Source: Diadema antillarum
Taxonomy: Eukaryota
Direction: 5' to 3'
NCBI RefSeq assembly: GCF_040938485.1
Contig: NW_027271416.1
Location: 62,001 to 126,000 of the forward strand
DNA: 64,000 bases
A model generated the notes under the pieces. That model was not told where the DNA came from, made no database searches, and saw nothing but the letters and a program-made list of their open reading frames with translations. Below are positions 1 through 12,076 of the stretch, one piece after another. Position numbers and translations under genes: made by a program. The number at the start of each line of letters is the position of its first letter. Within the stretch, counting starts at the first letter, position 1.

Positions 1-290
1 ATTTCGCACTTTTGTCAGTCCATTTGATAAAAGGTTCATTCAATTTAGCAAAAATCCTCGTCACTACTCATTCTGTCATTCAAAATTTCAACTTGTTCGT
101 GCAATTTAGCATTTCGATCAATGAAATTCGCACATGTGCCTTCCGAATTCGTAAAACGGGCATTCAAATTGGCACGTGCTCTTCAGTCATTCAAATTCGC
201 CAGCACTGGCGGAAAATGCATTTCAGTCATTCAATTTCGCGTATGGGCATTCAAATTCCAAACATGTTCATTCAAATTACCGTGATGTTA
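1..290. repeat. Degenerate short sub-repeat array (CATTCAA(A/T)TT motif), probably the end of a repeat element starting before the window
   Basis: CATTCAAATT or CATTCAATTT recurs about 7 times in 290 bp. Confidence 0.45.
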
Positions 291-1009
291 TTTCTATTTT
301 GAAAAGGTGAGAACCGTGATTTATAAATATTTAAATGTGAATTTTTGTTTCATGCACACACTGATAAGTATACATGTATAGTAAAGGTATCTTTGACTCT
401 AAATAACTCAAGTTTGTTGTTCTATAACGCCCAGCTTCTTTCATACATGTTATCAGAACTATGCATGCACCAGTACCATAGATTCACTTCACTTTCTTAT
501 GTCCAGTCATGGCAGCACGAATGAGATACAGGCGTATCTTTCAGGAAGACAGGGAAACAATCACAGAAGCATTTGAGGGTAATAACCTTGACAAATAGAT
601 GGCTAGAGCTGATCCAAGAACTTTATTCCTACTGATGATTAACGCAATATAGCATCCACCAAATGAAAATAATGAAACATGCAGACGAAAGAAATAATCA
701 CGATGTAAATTGAAACCTCATTCTCCCAATGTCAAAAGAAATTGAAGATTAATATATATATTACAACTTGCTTTGTATCAGAGTGAACTGCAGGAAGGAT
801 TTGCACAAACAGTAATATGCGGGTTTTTGCCTAAATTTATTTATACTAATTTTTATGGCCCAGTCCTGTCAAGTTTTTCGGTTTCCGTATTTACTCACTT
901 CTCTTCTTTATCACAGTTTCAGCTTGTAATCATATGTCAATTTGTTTACGGGTTAATTTTAGGTATACATGAAACTGACACTTATGTAGCAATTCATCAA
1001 ACAAACATA

Positions 1010-1011
<2 letters not shown>

Positions 1012-1042
<31 letters not shown>
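1012..1042. repeat. (GT)n microsatellite
   Basis: Direct read of the sequence. Confidence 0.95.
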
Positions 1043-1046
<4 letters not shown>

Positions 1047-1091
1047 CCGCGTTTTCTCACCGCATTGCATTTCGGTAATGTCTTGTATAAG

Positions 1092-1391
1092 TAAAGCAGT
1101 GTACACGTCACAAGACCAACACCCACGAGTCATACAGCCCACGAGTTATACAGCTCACAAGTCATACTACCTACTAATTATAAGCCCACGAGTTCAACAG
1201 TAAGTAAATAAAGCCAATGAGTTCGACATCAAGTTAAGTAAGCCCATCACGAGTTATACAGTCCATAAGTTCGACACTACGCACGAAAGGCCCACGAAAC
1301 CAACACAACGCTATTAAATGCCCACGAGACTGACACTAAGGATCACGAGACCGACACCATACACTGAAAAGGATCACGAGACCGACACTAA
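1092..1391. repeat. Degenerate minisatellite (CCCACGAGTTATACAG / CACGAGACCGACACT units); resumes at ~3585-3660 after the nested MITEs
   Basis: CACGAG-anchored units of 15-40 bp on both sides of the 1392-3575 insertion. Confidence 0.6.
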
Positions 1392-3575
1392 GGGTGGGAT
1401 TTCACGGGGCACGCGAACGATTTGCGAAGGACGCGAATGGCAAAATCCAGCGTTCGCATTTTGGTCTGCAAAAGATCGCCAAACGAACGTGAGGGTTCGG
1501 AAGCGTCGTCAATTGTTCGCGAATGTCGTTTTTACTTCGGCGAGAATTTCAAAAAAGTTTGAAATTTTCTGCGAACCTTTTCCGCACACTTGGTCGTGAT
1601 TTGCTCGTGAATTGTTCTCGAAAGTGTCTTTAAAGCCTCGTCATATATGCGCAAGACCTTCGCAAGACACGCGAGATGTTCGCAAAATGTTCGTTAAACC
1701 CCAAACAGACTCCGAAACTTTGGGTGGGATTTCACGAAGCACGCGAACGATTTGCGAAGGATGCGAATGACAAAATCCAACATTCGGAAAAGTTTTTCTC
1801 CGAATGTGTTCCGACAATGAAGCCGAAAACTATTCTTGCGCAATTTGTGCGAAGTTCCCACGACGTATGTGCGATTGTCGTGTGTATCATTGCCTAAAGT
1901 ACAGCATGTTACGTACACGAAGAACACGCGACGGAAATGCGAACAACGAAACATTTTCAATAATCATGGGAGAAAATGTAGCAAGGAGAGGTGGAAGCAT
2001 GAAAAAAAAAATCAACTCAAAACAGCTTTCTTGAGTTGAATTTTTTTTCTTTCCTGTATTTCTCCTTTCTTTTTCTCTCATTTCTCTATCGTGTGTTTGC
2101 CTACATTTTTTCCCCCTAGGACGTATCTCCACTAGTAAAGCATGTGATTTTTTTTGCAGTTCCTCCAACACATAATCTCTATAGTTCAAATGAAATTTAC
2201 ATACTTAAGATTGATTTTAAGTGTATTCTGCGATTTTTTTTTGTATATCAAATATTCTTTCTCTTTGCTAGTCTTTAATTTCTTTTGTTACTATAGTTGT
2301 TAATAATTGTTTGATGTTTAGATGTATGCTACGATTTTTATTTGTAGAAAACGTACAGGGCATACATCCCCCAAACGTGCGCTAAACGTTCGCGAGAATG
2401 TCTCAAAAGGTACGCGAACAGTTTGCGATTACGTCGTAAAATGATCGGAAAAACTTCGCAGATTTCGCGTAACCATGGTAACATACGCGAGACATTCTCC
2501 GAAGTTTCGGAGTCTGTTTGCGGTTTCACGAACATTTTGCGAACATCGCGCGTGTCTTGCGAATGTCTTGCGCATATGACGAAGCTTTAAAGACACTTTC
2601 GAGAACATTTCACGAGCAAATCCCGACTAAGTGTGCGGAAAAGGTTCGCAAAAAAAAATCAAATTTTTTAGAAATTCTCGCCGAAGTAAAAACGACATTC
2701 GCGAACAATTGACGACGCTTCCGAACCCTCACGTTTGTTTGGCGATCTTTTGCAGACTAAAATGCGAATGCTGGATTTTGCCATTCGCGTCATTCGCAAA
2801 TCGTTCGCGTGCTCCGTGAAATCCCACCCTTTGGAGAATGTCTCGCGTATGTTACGCGAAATCTGCGAAGTTTTTCCGATCATTTTACGACGTAATCGCA
2901 AACTGTTCGCGTACCTTTTGAGACATTCTCGCGAACGTTTAGCGCGCGTTTGGGGGATGTATGACCTATACGTTTTCTACAAATAAAAATCGTAGCATAC
3001 ACCTAAACATCAAACAATTATTAACAACTATAGTAACAAAAGAAATTAAAGACTAGCACAGAGAAAGAAATGTTTGTGAAAAATCGCAGAATACACTTGA
3101 AATTAATCTAAAGTATGTAAAATTTCATTTGAAGTATAGAGATTATGTGCTGGAGGAACTGCAAAAAAATAAAAAAGATCAAATGCTTTACTAGTGGAGA
3201 TACGTCCTAGGAAAAAAAATGTAGGCAAGCACACGATAGAGAAATGAGAGAAAAAGAAAGGAGAAATAGAAGAAAGAAAAAAAAATCAACTCAAGACAGC
3301 TTCCACCTCTCCTTGGGTACATTTTCTCCCATGATTATTGAAAATGTTTCGTTGTTCGCATTTCCGTCGCGTGTTCTTCGTGAACGTAACATGCTGTACT
3401 TTAGCAATGATACACACGACATTCGCACATACGTCGTGGAAAGTTCGCACAAATTGCGCAAGAATAGTTTTCGGCTTCATTGTCGGAAAACATTCGGAGA
3501 AAAACTTTTCCGAATGTTGGATTTTGTCATTCGCGTCCTTCGCAAATCGTTCGCGTGCTCCGTGAAATCCCACCC
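1392..3575 (+). mobile_element. Non-autonomous DNA transposon (MITE, ~1.07 kb, PIF/Harbinger-like) interrupted by a second copy of itself
   Basis: Termini GGGTGGGATTTCACGG (1392) and CCGTGAAATCCCACCC (3575). Segments 1392-1721 and 2833-3575 join into one copy. Outer flanks (TAA / TTC) are not a clean TSD. Confidence 0.75.
1722..2829 (-). mobile_element. Inner copy of the same MITE in opposite orientation (1108 bp)
   Basis: TIRs GGGTGGGATTTCACG...CGTGAAATCCCACCC. TTT is duplicated at 1719-1721 and 2830-2832. The sequence is the reverse complement of the outer copy. Confidence 0.8.
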
Positions 3576-4384
3576 TTCGCGAACAACGAGACAGACACTA
3601 TACGCGAAAGAGGCTCAGGACACCGACACTAGGCAAAGAAGGCCCACGAGACTGACACCCGTGGAGCTACAAAACCTAATACTGTGACTTGACTATGATT
3701 GCTCAGTCACGGTCAGTCTTCAGATATTCAAAGTACAACCTAGAGTAAACTGTGATGACATTTACAGATATTATATGCTTTGTGTTTACAGCACGCTGAA
3801 GGACGGGGTAGATACTACTTACACACACATACACACAAAAAAGAGCTACCACAGACAGAATACTTTGATGTAGAAACAGATTACACCGACAAAATCCATG
3901 ATCCATAGACCATAAAAGCTATTGGCATTGTCAACTTTTTATAAAATGACTTTGCATTGGAAAATTATACACTTATACCTAAAGTACTGAATATATAGAC
4001 TTTGTTACCAATTCATAGAAATGTAGGTCTACGCTGCAGAAGTCATGTACCTCACAACATACAAGAATTCCCCCAAACCACTTTAATACTTGCAGTAGAG
4101 GCAAAATATCAACTTTTTAACTGATTTTATGTGAAGAGCGTTCACCCTCCCATAATGTTGTATCAGTTGGAGCACTGATATCGCAAAACCCTGTTTCGGT
4201 TTTCTTTTGGAATGGTCAAGACGAGTGTATGGATGTTCATAATGAGTAGACGTGGCACAAGCATGTGCAGTCCATTATCATACTTCTAAACTTCATGTTT
4301 ATTGTACACTCACTTAGACTATCCCACGGAAGAACTTTTTTTTCCCTAACGTGCTACTGCAGAACGAAATCATCACATTTCACA

Positions 4385-5929
4385 TTACATTGCATAAAAA
4401 ATGTAAAGTCTCTCTGGAGTGCAGAAACCTATCTCACCACTCTCAAAATCTTGTAGATAGTACCAAGATCTTTCTGCTTTTTGTGTTTTGAATTCAGTGA
4501 TGAGATTGTGTATGTACTCCAAATCTCTCGTGTATCGATCGATACTGACGAGACCCTCTTCGTACTTCACCCAGGCTACAATGACCGAATCATCTTGACA
4601 AACAGCTGGGTAGGGATCCATACCCTTCTTCTTCAAGACATTCCCCTTCTTCCCCTTACCATCAGGGCACACGACAGCTCTATCGTCAGCTACCATCAGT
4701 TTCCCCGTTGACGGAAAGAAGAATAATTGCCAAGGTGTATAACCATCGCACATTATTTCCCTGACTGCCTTACCACCCTGTGGGGTAAATACATGGATCT
4801 TTTTGAGCTCAATATAACTCACATAGATATTATCATCTCTATCCACAGTGAGACCACCAGACCCTCCTTCATCATCACTCATCGTCTCGAAAGTGACGTC
4901 TTCTCCCATTTTGGAGTGTATACAGTGACATCCCGTTTTTTATATCACGTACAACACTTCGACCATCAGACAGGAATCCAGTTCTCCTGACATTGACATC
5001 CTTCAGCACGGTCTGCTGTAACTCGCCATCAGGGGAGTAGAGATGGATTCCGCCTTGACCGGATCCCACCGCCATCTTACCGTCTGGTGCACGAGTTATA
5101 CAGTTCATTCTGTTGTCAGGGAGCTCTTCGTCTGCTTTGACATCCCACGTGTAACCTTCCAGCTCTCCAAGATGAAGTTCATTGACCTTCACGTGTTTAC
5201 TGAATGAAATCTTCTGAGCTTGTTCTGCCACACCTCTCGGTGATTGGTCGTCAGGATCATCTCGTCCCAGAAAGCTCTTCAAGTCCTCACACAACGTGCC
5301 GTGTGCAATCAAGGCGTCTTTGTCTAGTGGTACCTTCATACCGTTAGTTACCAGCTCTTCCATAGCTTTCATTTGATGAATTGTTTGGTGACTCACTTCC
5401 TCCATGATTTGTAATTCCTTCTCGAATTTTTTAGACAATCGTTTCACTTGACATTTCAGGGTCTCCCTTCTGGCTGACAATAGTTGCATGTATTCCTCGT
5501 ACGCCTTGTCGATGTTATCATTGAGTTTTCTCATCATGTTTGCTATTTCATTGCGCTGTGTTTCTATGAAATCAATATGATTTTCGACGGTTGTTTTCTT
5601 TGATTTTGCCCTTTCTCGTAACTCATTGATATTTTCCATAAATTTCCCCTCATGGATAGCTGCCTCTTCGATCTGATGCCCTGCTTGTAAGTGCACTAAC
5701 ATCCCGCATCTCAAGCAGACATACTCCCGACATCCGATACAAAAACACTCCTCATCATCGTTAGGATGTTTCTTACACTTCCGTCTCCTCTTTAGCGGAA
5801 CTTTTCCCGAGAGCACTCCACTCGTGGCCACCACTACGTGGTTGGAGAACCTTTGCCACACAGAATGGTCTTTCTCACAGGATACACACATGTTTTCCCC
5901 GCAGTCCTGACAGTAGGACACAGCTTGCG
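4385..5929 (-). pseudogene. TRIM (B-box/coiled-coil/NHL-like propeller) pseudogene, copy 1
   Basis: ORFs 4875-5921 and 4385-4909 are two frames of one paralog. A 4-nt deletion plus a 2-nt insertion near 4889-4921 (relative to copy 4) shifts the frame. The RING, start codon and splice acceptor are replaced by a MITE at 5930. Confidence 0.9.
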
Positions 5930-6320
5930 AAAGGGACTGTACAGTATACTGGTTGAGGTGGAGATTAATGTTTCGAAAATTCCAAGTGAGATCATGAGAA
6001 ATCTCTTATGAAATATGAAAGATCATGTAATATTCAGAAGGTTCAACGTTTATTTGATGAAAATTGGTTTTTCAAATGGCTGAGATATCAAAAAAAAAGT
6101 GATAATGATAAATGGCGACAGGCCACGCCTTTTATTAGGATTTCTTTGTTCACCTTGTTTTTCGATACCTCAGCCATTTCAAAATCGATTTTCAAAATAA
6201 TAAACTTTTGATATACCCCTTAGAATTGCATGCTCTTTGACATTTCAAAGAGTGGTTTCTGAATATCTCGCAAAACGTCACAAGCTAAATCCTCACCTCA
6301 AACAGAACTGTACACACCCT
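5930..6320. mobile_element. ~390-bp MITE with AGGG...CCCT termini and an internal hairpin; same family as 48074-48723
   Basis: Termini AAAGGGACTGTACAG...CTGTACACACCCT. Internal inverted repeat AAATGGCTGAGATATC / GATACCTCAGCCATTT. Body aligns by eye to 48074-48723. Confidence 0.65.
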
Positions 6321-7189
6321 ATCATAACATATCACGGCCAAATGAATCTTATTTTTCTGTGTTCCTTTGAATGGAGGAGATCACATGAACTAGTTGTCCG
6401 GTGAGCCGGCTATAGGATGGTGCAACTTAGGATAAATTAAGGTGTTACTTGCTAATTCCCTGAAGGAGTATAAGTAGAACAACAAAGAGTTGCATTACGA
6501 TACGCTCACAAAATATAACGTGGTGATTCGAGCATCTGATGGATTGATGATTCATTTAATCGTGACCTTATAAGTTATATTTATAGTAGCGAGAATATCC
6601 TCAGCGATATCGTAAAAAAGTGCCATGTTAAAGTGAATATCAATGATAATGTGAGCTAAATGATAGAGATTATTGTTTAGAAACCTATGTCCGTTTGACT
6701 GCTGGTATATGTCACGTAACAAGGCATCCTTCAATGTTCAATCTATGTCCATATCCTCGAGAGATAGTATCAATATTCTTTTTTAAATTTCCATAAAGAT
6801 GTTGGTTACGTATGTCTTGGAAGACATATTAACTTTAATAATTTATCTCATACGTCAAGAGCAGAGATAAGCAAAAAGATTACAATTTTCCCTGGATTAA
6901 ATTACATTATAAACAAAGAAAAAAAAGCGGCGCGTCTTGTGAGAAAAGCTTTGAAATCTTCGATGTTAAAACATGTCTATCAAGAATGGTGCAATGAATA
7001 GAATGAATAAAGTAAACGAGTAAAGAAGAATAATTTCAGCCCTTCGGTGACTGATGGTTGTTAGCTGTGATGGAAGCCACTGTGGATTCAATGTCCTTTC
7101 AAGGTTTATTTATACCTGAAATGCATCTAGCGTGCAGAGTGATGTTCTTTCCTAGAATATATTTTGGAAAGATTTAACTGCCATGATTG

Positions 7190-7400
7190 AACTCCTTTAT
7201 CCCTTACCAGCTATTGTCTGTATTAAATGACCTCACACTTTTACTATGTTTTCTGTCATGTCTCCCTTTGTACAAATATGTTTTGAGATCGCAACTGCTG
7301 ATCTATATTTAAAAAAAAGGGAATCAGTGAGGATCGAACCTGTCATCTACTGTTTTCCGGGCAGCAACACTACCACCAGGCTATCCTGGTTACCGCCATC
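7190..7400 (-). mobile_element. Decayed tRNA-derived SINE-like element
   Basis: Minus strand has an A-box-like TAGCCTGGTGG and a B-box GGTTCGATCC. The acceptor stem does not pair. Related plus-strand copies at ~7575-7720, ~18355-18500 and ~45380-45530. Confidence 0.5.
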
Positions 7401-8895
7401 GCAGTGACACAACGAACTTGAAATACCCAGGCTCTGAAATTCCGACATTGTTATGTTAAGTAGACCAAGGCAGACAAGGCTTATTGAATGAAAAAAAAAG
7501 AAGATATTATAATGCAGAGGGGTGAAGATGTGATATCACTTTTATCAATTTGCCTCCCTCTGTACAAAATGTATTTGTCAGTAGATGACAGAGTCGGTTC
7601 TCACTGGTTCCATTTTCCGACATGATTACTAAAATGTAGATCAGCAGTTGCGATCTTATGAATACATTTATACATAGTGAGACAATCTATAAAAATCACA
7701 ACACATCTTCACCCCTATGCTTTAATAATCTCTTGCTTTAATCTAACCCCATCTTTATTTGATGATGATTCACTGATGGGATGACTTCATTATCGAGGCT
7801 CAGGATATAGCACCCTGTCATTGTATATTAGAATACTTACCTCGAGTTTGGATGACACTAGCTCTCACCCACCCCCCCCCCCGAAAACACAAACAAGCAA
7901 ATACAATTAAATCAAACAATCAACCAAAAGAGGAAAAATATATAGTGACAAAGATATATATATATATATATATAGTTAGGCTGGTTACGTCTAACATCCC
8001 TCCTTGCTTTAAAACTCCTCAATTGATTCTTTGATAAATAGAAGAATCATATATCAGGGGGAAAGTAACTGTGTCCTAAAAGAAAAAGAACAAGGAAGAG
8101 GAGACGGATCGTCATAATTTACGGATATAAACGTCCTGAGGTGTTGTAACTCGATCAACATCTTTATTTACCCTTTGCAAGCGAACTGAGGCCATGTAGT
8201 CTACAACCTTACCAGCTCCCTAAAATGTTGTTGTCATGTTAACTTTGGGGGACTCAAATGCATCGAATGCATCTGAAGGAAAGAAATATGTCAAACTTAT
8301 CATTTCATTAAGCAACTAGGTGCACATTCACAACAAACGCTCTTTGAGTCATTTTCCCTTGTTTGTATAGACACTAACGGAGTTCATAAGATTCTATAAG
8401 CACGACTAGCCACCTAGGCTCTCTCTTGTGTTTCAGTTGTTTAAGTCATATGTAAAGGAATTAGTGATTGAGCAGGCAACTGATGATAACTAAAAACGGA
8501 AGTCCTAAATAGGTTTGACTTGTATCAAGTTCTACTCACGTCTCTTACTCCCCAAACTATCTATTTACATTTATTTGTGATAAAGTCCTCAAAGACTGAT
8601 TCATTTCCAGCGGAGATAACGAGTAATATCCTTTTTGAAACAGCATTTCATGTATTTTAACAGGCTATGTTAGTTGTTCTGTTTGGAGTACTATTATCTA
8701 CATTACAAACTTTAACATACATGCAGGTTGTGGGGTTAATCATGTCGAACAGAAGAGGCAAAATCGTAACAGAAATGTTGGCCAAACAAACAAGGGAAAT
8801 CAATTCTAAACTTATTTGATAAGCATGCATTGTTTGTAAACTACGTGAACAAGTACCATGCATGTATAATTCATATCGTTATATCATGCACGCTC

Positions 8896-8917
8896 ACCAA
8901 GTATGCTGCACTTCCGG
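8896..8917 (-). promoter_or_regulatory. Predicted 5' splice donor of TRIM non-coding leader exon plus ETS-type site (unit 1)
   Basis: TTG|GTGAGC with GT at 8897-8896; CCGGAAGT at 8910-8917. Conserved in four units. Confidence 0.55.
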
Positions 8918-9494
8918 GTTCAGTGTTTCTGATTTATGTCTGGTTCTGAAGTACATTTAGACATGGATCGAATTACAACCTGTTGTCTGTTCAGCACGAG
9001 GAGAGGTGTAAACACAAATTAGATTGAAGACCTAAAAAAGCAAAGAATTACTTTTTGGAAAGAGATATTGCGGAGCACTGACAAAATGGTCGGGCGATTC
9101 AGGGGAATGACTGTATTTACCGTGACCTTTACACTGCGAGCCTCTATATTTAGAGAAGTGGGTTTTCCCCACATCTCAAACACTATGCATCTATCTGAAA
9201 ATCACAGCTCATAACGGAATGTCGACTTGTACAGGGACCTGTTCATGCGACATTGAGCTGAGATTACCTTTTTTTTAAGAGTAAGATGTAAACAAAAGCA
9301 TGTTAAAGCATCACTTCGAAGAGAATCTGAGTAAAATAAGACAATATTTGGTTATAATATAGAAAATTCTGTCATTTATCCTTCCGTTGTGATATTTTTC
9401 AAATCTGAGAAAACAACCACGATCAAAGAGCCGAGATGTTTTGCTGATGTAGAAAGATTGTGATGTTCAGATGCCTTTTCCTTTTTTTTTAAAC

Positions 9495-9695
9495 TTGTAA
9501 TCTGTCTTTATTAAGGCCCAGAGTAGCACCCATTTTCTCTCTTGAAACGATGTCGGGATATCAGTCGATGTCGAATTCAGCCGTCAGCCTCTCGAGCTGC
9601 CATTCGGTGAACACGGTCGGACGTCGACGACGAAGGCCTTTGGTAGGAACGGACGTCGAGACTTGAGGGAGAAGCGAGAGTGGAGAATCAGCCAC
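9495..9695 (-). pseudogene. pmar1-like homeobox exon-1 remnant A (no exon 2)
   Basis: 201 nt reading VADSPLSLLPQVSTSVPTKGLRRRRPTVFTEWQLERLTAEFDID*YPDIVSREKMGATLGLNKDRLQ. ATG has become GTG, TGA at 9561-9563, donor GTTTAA. Confidence 0.9.
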
Positions 9696-10702
9696 ACCGG
9701 ATGGATTGGTTTTGTAAAGATTCCGGTTTGTGCAAAGATATGATTTAACTTCGAAACAATGGGTTGTTGCTCTCGTTCGATGAAAGGTCGATAATTGCAG
9801 AGTTGACTAAAACCTATAGGGAAACTATATTTTGGGATGATCAATGCAAAGTTTGAATAAAATGAGCAGTAACAGTAATACAATATGTAATATCTAAAAT
9901 TTTTGATGAGGTGATAGTATGAGGCACATGAACCTCCACCAACTTTTCTTCAGTAAAATCAATTGACTTAGCATGTCAACAAAAGAATGGTCTCTTTGTC
10001 CTTCAATTGAACATATATTATTCTAGAGGTGCAATCGTACTCATTTAACTATTTCTTCTTTTTATATTCGACGTGGTATAAAGCAAAACTAATGACAAAA
10101 GTGCACGGTTTTAATATACCAACTAACGGAAGATTTGTGATATCGTCACCTCATCTAATTTGAGTTTAACGTGTTTTTGTGATCCACATCTCGATTTCGA
10201 AAAAAGAGAAACTTTTAAATAAAGTAATTTATCTCATTCTTGCTTGGTTACATTGAAATATCTGTAGTGTTTGTTCGTATAAGTTGACTTATTAAGAAGT
10301 GAAATGGTTTATTTCTTTTTTGTCGATTTGGTGTGAAGGAAAATGAAGACGTTGTTTCTGTCTTTCTTCTTTATCTAAATGGATTGTGTGTCATCAATAT
10401 CGGTTGGCAGTTTTGTCTTCTTGTTCATTTCAATAAAGTGATTTATTTCTACCATTGTGTAGGCCCTATAATACATATATCATAAATTATATTTATTTTT
10501 CTTTGTTATATTTTCAACTTTCCCTTACATCATTCCATTGTTGCCTCGCAAGTTCACCAAAAATACCAGCCCATCTCTACCAGGAAATTTTCTGTGAAGA
10601 TTGATAAATCCACCTCATAATTTCAATCAAGCATCAACAATAAACACACCTACAAACATTAACCCTTACGCATACAAGGGAACTCGCTTTTACACATAAA
10701 TA

Positions 10703-10730
10703 CACACACACACATACACACACACACACA
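10703..10730. repeat. (CA)n microsatellite; orthologous tracts at ~21559-21647, ~29643-29700, ~37840-37908, ~47660-47688 and a further tract at ~34517-34580
   Basis: Direct read; usually followed by ACGGAGACATGG. Confidence 0.9.
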
Positions 10731-11266
10731 CGGAGACATGGAAACAAAGTTCTCAAAATATGTTACTGATTTAATTAGATTTTTGCCAAAACACAACGAA
10801 ATCAAACACAGGAAAGTAGAAAATTGTAAAATGATTGAAGCATACAACAACAATAAACATACAAACTATACATCCAGAAGAACCAAAGAGTAGTATGAAC
10901 AGACCAATATTACAAGTTATTTGGGTACACAGGCTTATTATAATTTGAATAAAGTTATACATCCGGGTGAAGTGCTGAACCCTAGACTGATAGAGTTCTT
11001 GCAAAGAGAGGAGAGACACCAGTAGTGCATAGAAGCGGACTACAAATGGTATATAATATAAAGCGGTAGATGGATGGTCAGATTTCTCAGTGTTACGATG
11101 AGGAGGAATTAATCATAACGAAATGCTGAAATTTCGGTTTTACTGTCGATAGAAAAACGTAAATGAATTGTATATGAATGTAAATCATGTCAGCATTCAT
11201 CTTCAATCGGAGCACTGGTGTACAGACGTTTTGTCTTAACTACTCCAGTATAGTGTAATAATCTTA

Positions 11267-12076
11267 AGGCCGTGTCACACCAGCCTTGCGTGCGACTTGC
11301 AAAGAACAATTTTGACTACCCGGAGGTCCCCGTATAGATCCGCACATGACAGTACCTAGCATGTATCTCAAAAGTAGTCGCCCGGAGGTGCACACGCATA
11401 TTTTTTTACACGCAACCGTGTTTAGGCCCTGTCACACCTTTCCGGGCAAGCTACTCGGGCTTGTTACGTGTAGGGATTTTCTAGCATACCGGACATTCCT
11501 GAGGGCGGAAAAGGATTTGTGCGAGTCAGCGCATGTGTCTTACTTGCTGGACGCGTTATACTTGCGAGTATACTGTGTGACCTTTGTACCAGTCGCGTGG
11601 GGGCTGACAACTCAGTGAAGGAATTCCTTTAATGCAACGGCTGAAATCTCACAGAATTTCATTATCTTTACTGCATACGGGACTGCGAAGTACCTGCGTG
11701 GGAATTGCCTGGGAAGTACTGCCACTAAGGGTCTCCTACTGGCGTTCTGCGTGGACCTCTACGGGCATTCCCGCGACTCACCCGGAAAAGTTTTGGTCAT
11801 GCTCAAAACTTGGCTGCGGTTAAATCGGACTTGCGTGAGCACCTCCGGGCAACTACGCGCTAGATACTGTCAGGTGCGGACCAACTGCGGAGAGCTCCGG
11901 GGAGTAAATTTGTTTCCCCGCAAGTCAAGCCGCAGAAGTTCCCCCGTACGGTATGACAAGGCATGAATGCAAAATTGCAAACATTCTTGTTCGCCCGCTG
12001 AAAATCTTCTACGTGTTGGAAACTACCTCCTCGCCACAAGCCCGCGTAGCTTGCCCGGAATGGTGTGACACGGCCT
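11267..12076. mobile_element. 810-bp PIF/Harbinger-type MITE
   Basis: 15-bp TIR AGGCCGTGTCACACC. TTA target duplication at 11264-11266 and 12077-12079. Absent at the paralogous sites (~38450, ~49040). Confidence 0.85.

Noticed and set aside
1092-1391. CRISPR-like repeat-spacer pattern (also 48340-48610)
   Set aside because: Eukaryotic context, irregular degenerate units, no unique constant-length spacers and no cas genes.
1318-3687. Cluster of overlapping 60-150 aa ORFs
   Set aside because: By-products of the GC-richer palindromic MITE sequence, mirrored on both strands, with no protein motifs.
6450-6830. Possible decayed reverse-transcriptase fragment in the shared intron block (also ~18050-18340, ~44150-44460)
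   Set aside because: No YxDD or other diagnostic motif could be recovered and frames are inconsistent between units.
7318-7395. Minus-strand tRNA gene
   Set aside because: The acceptor stem does not pair; treated as a decayed SINE-like sequence.
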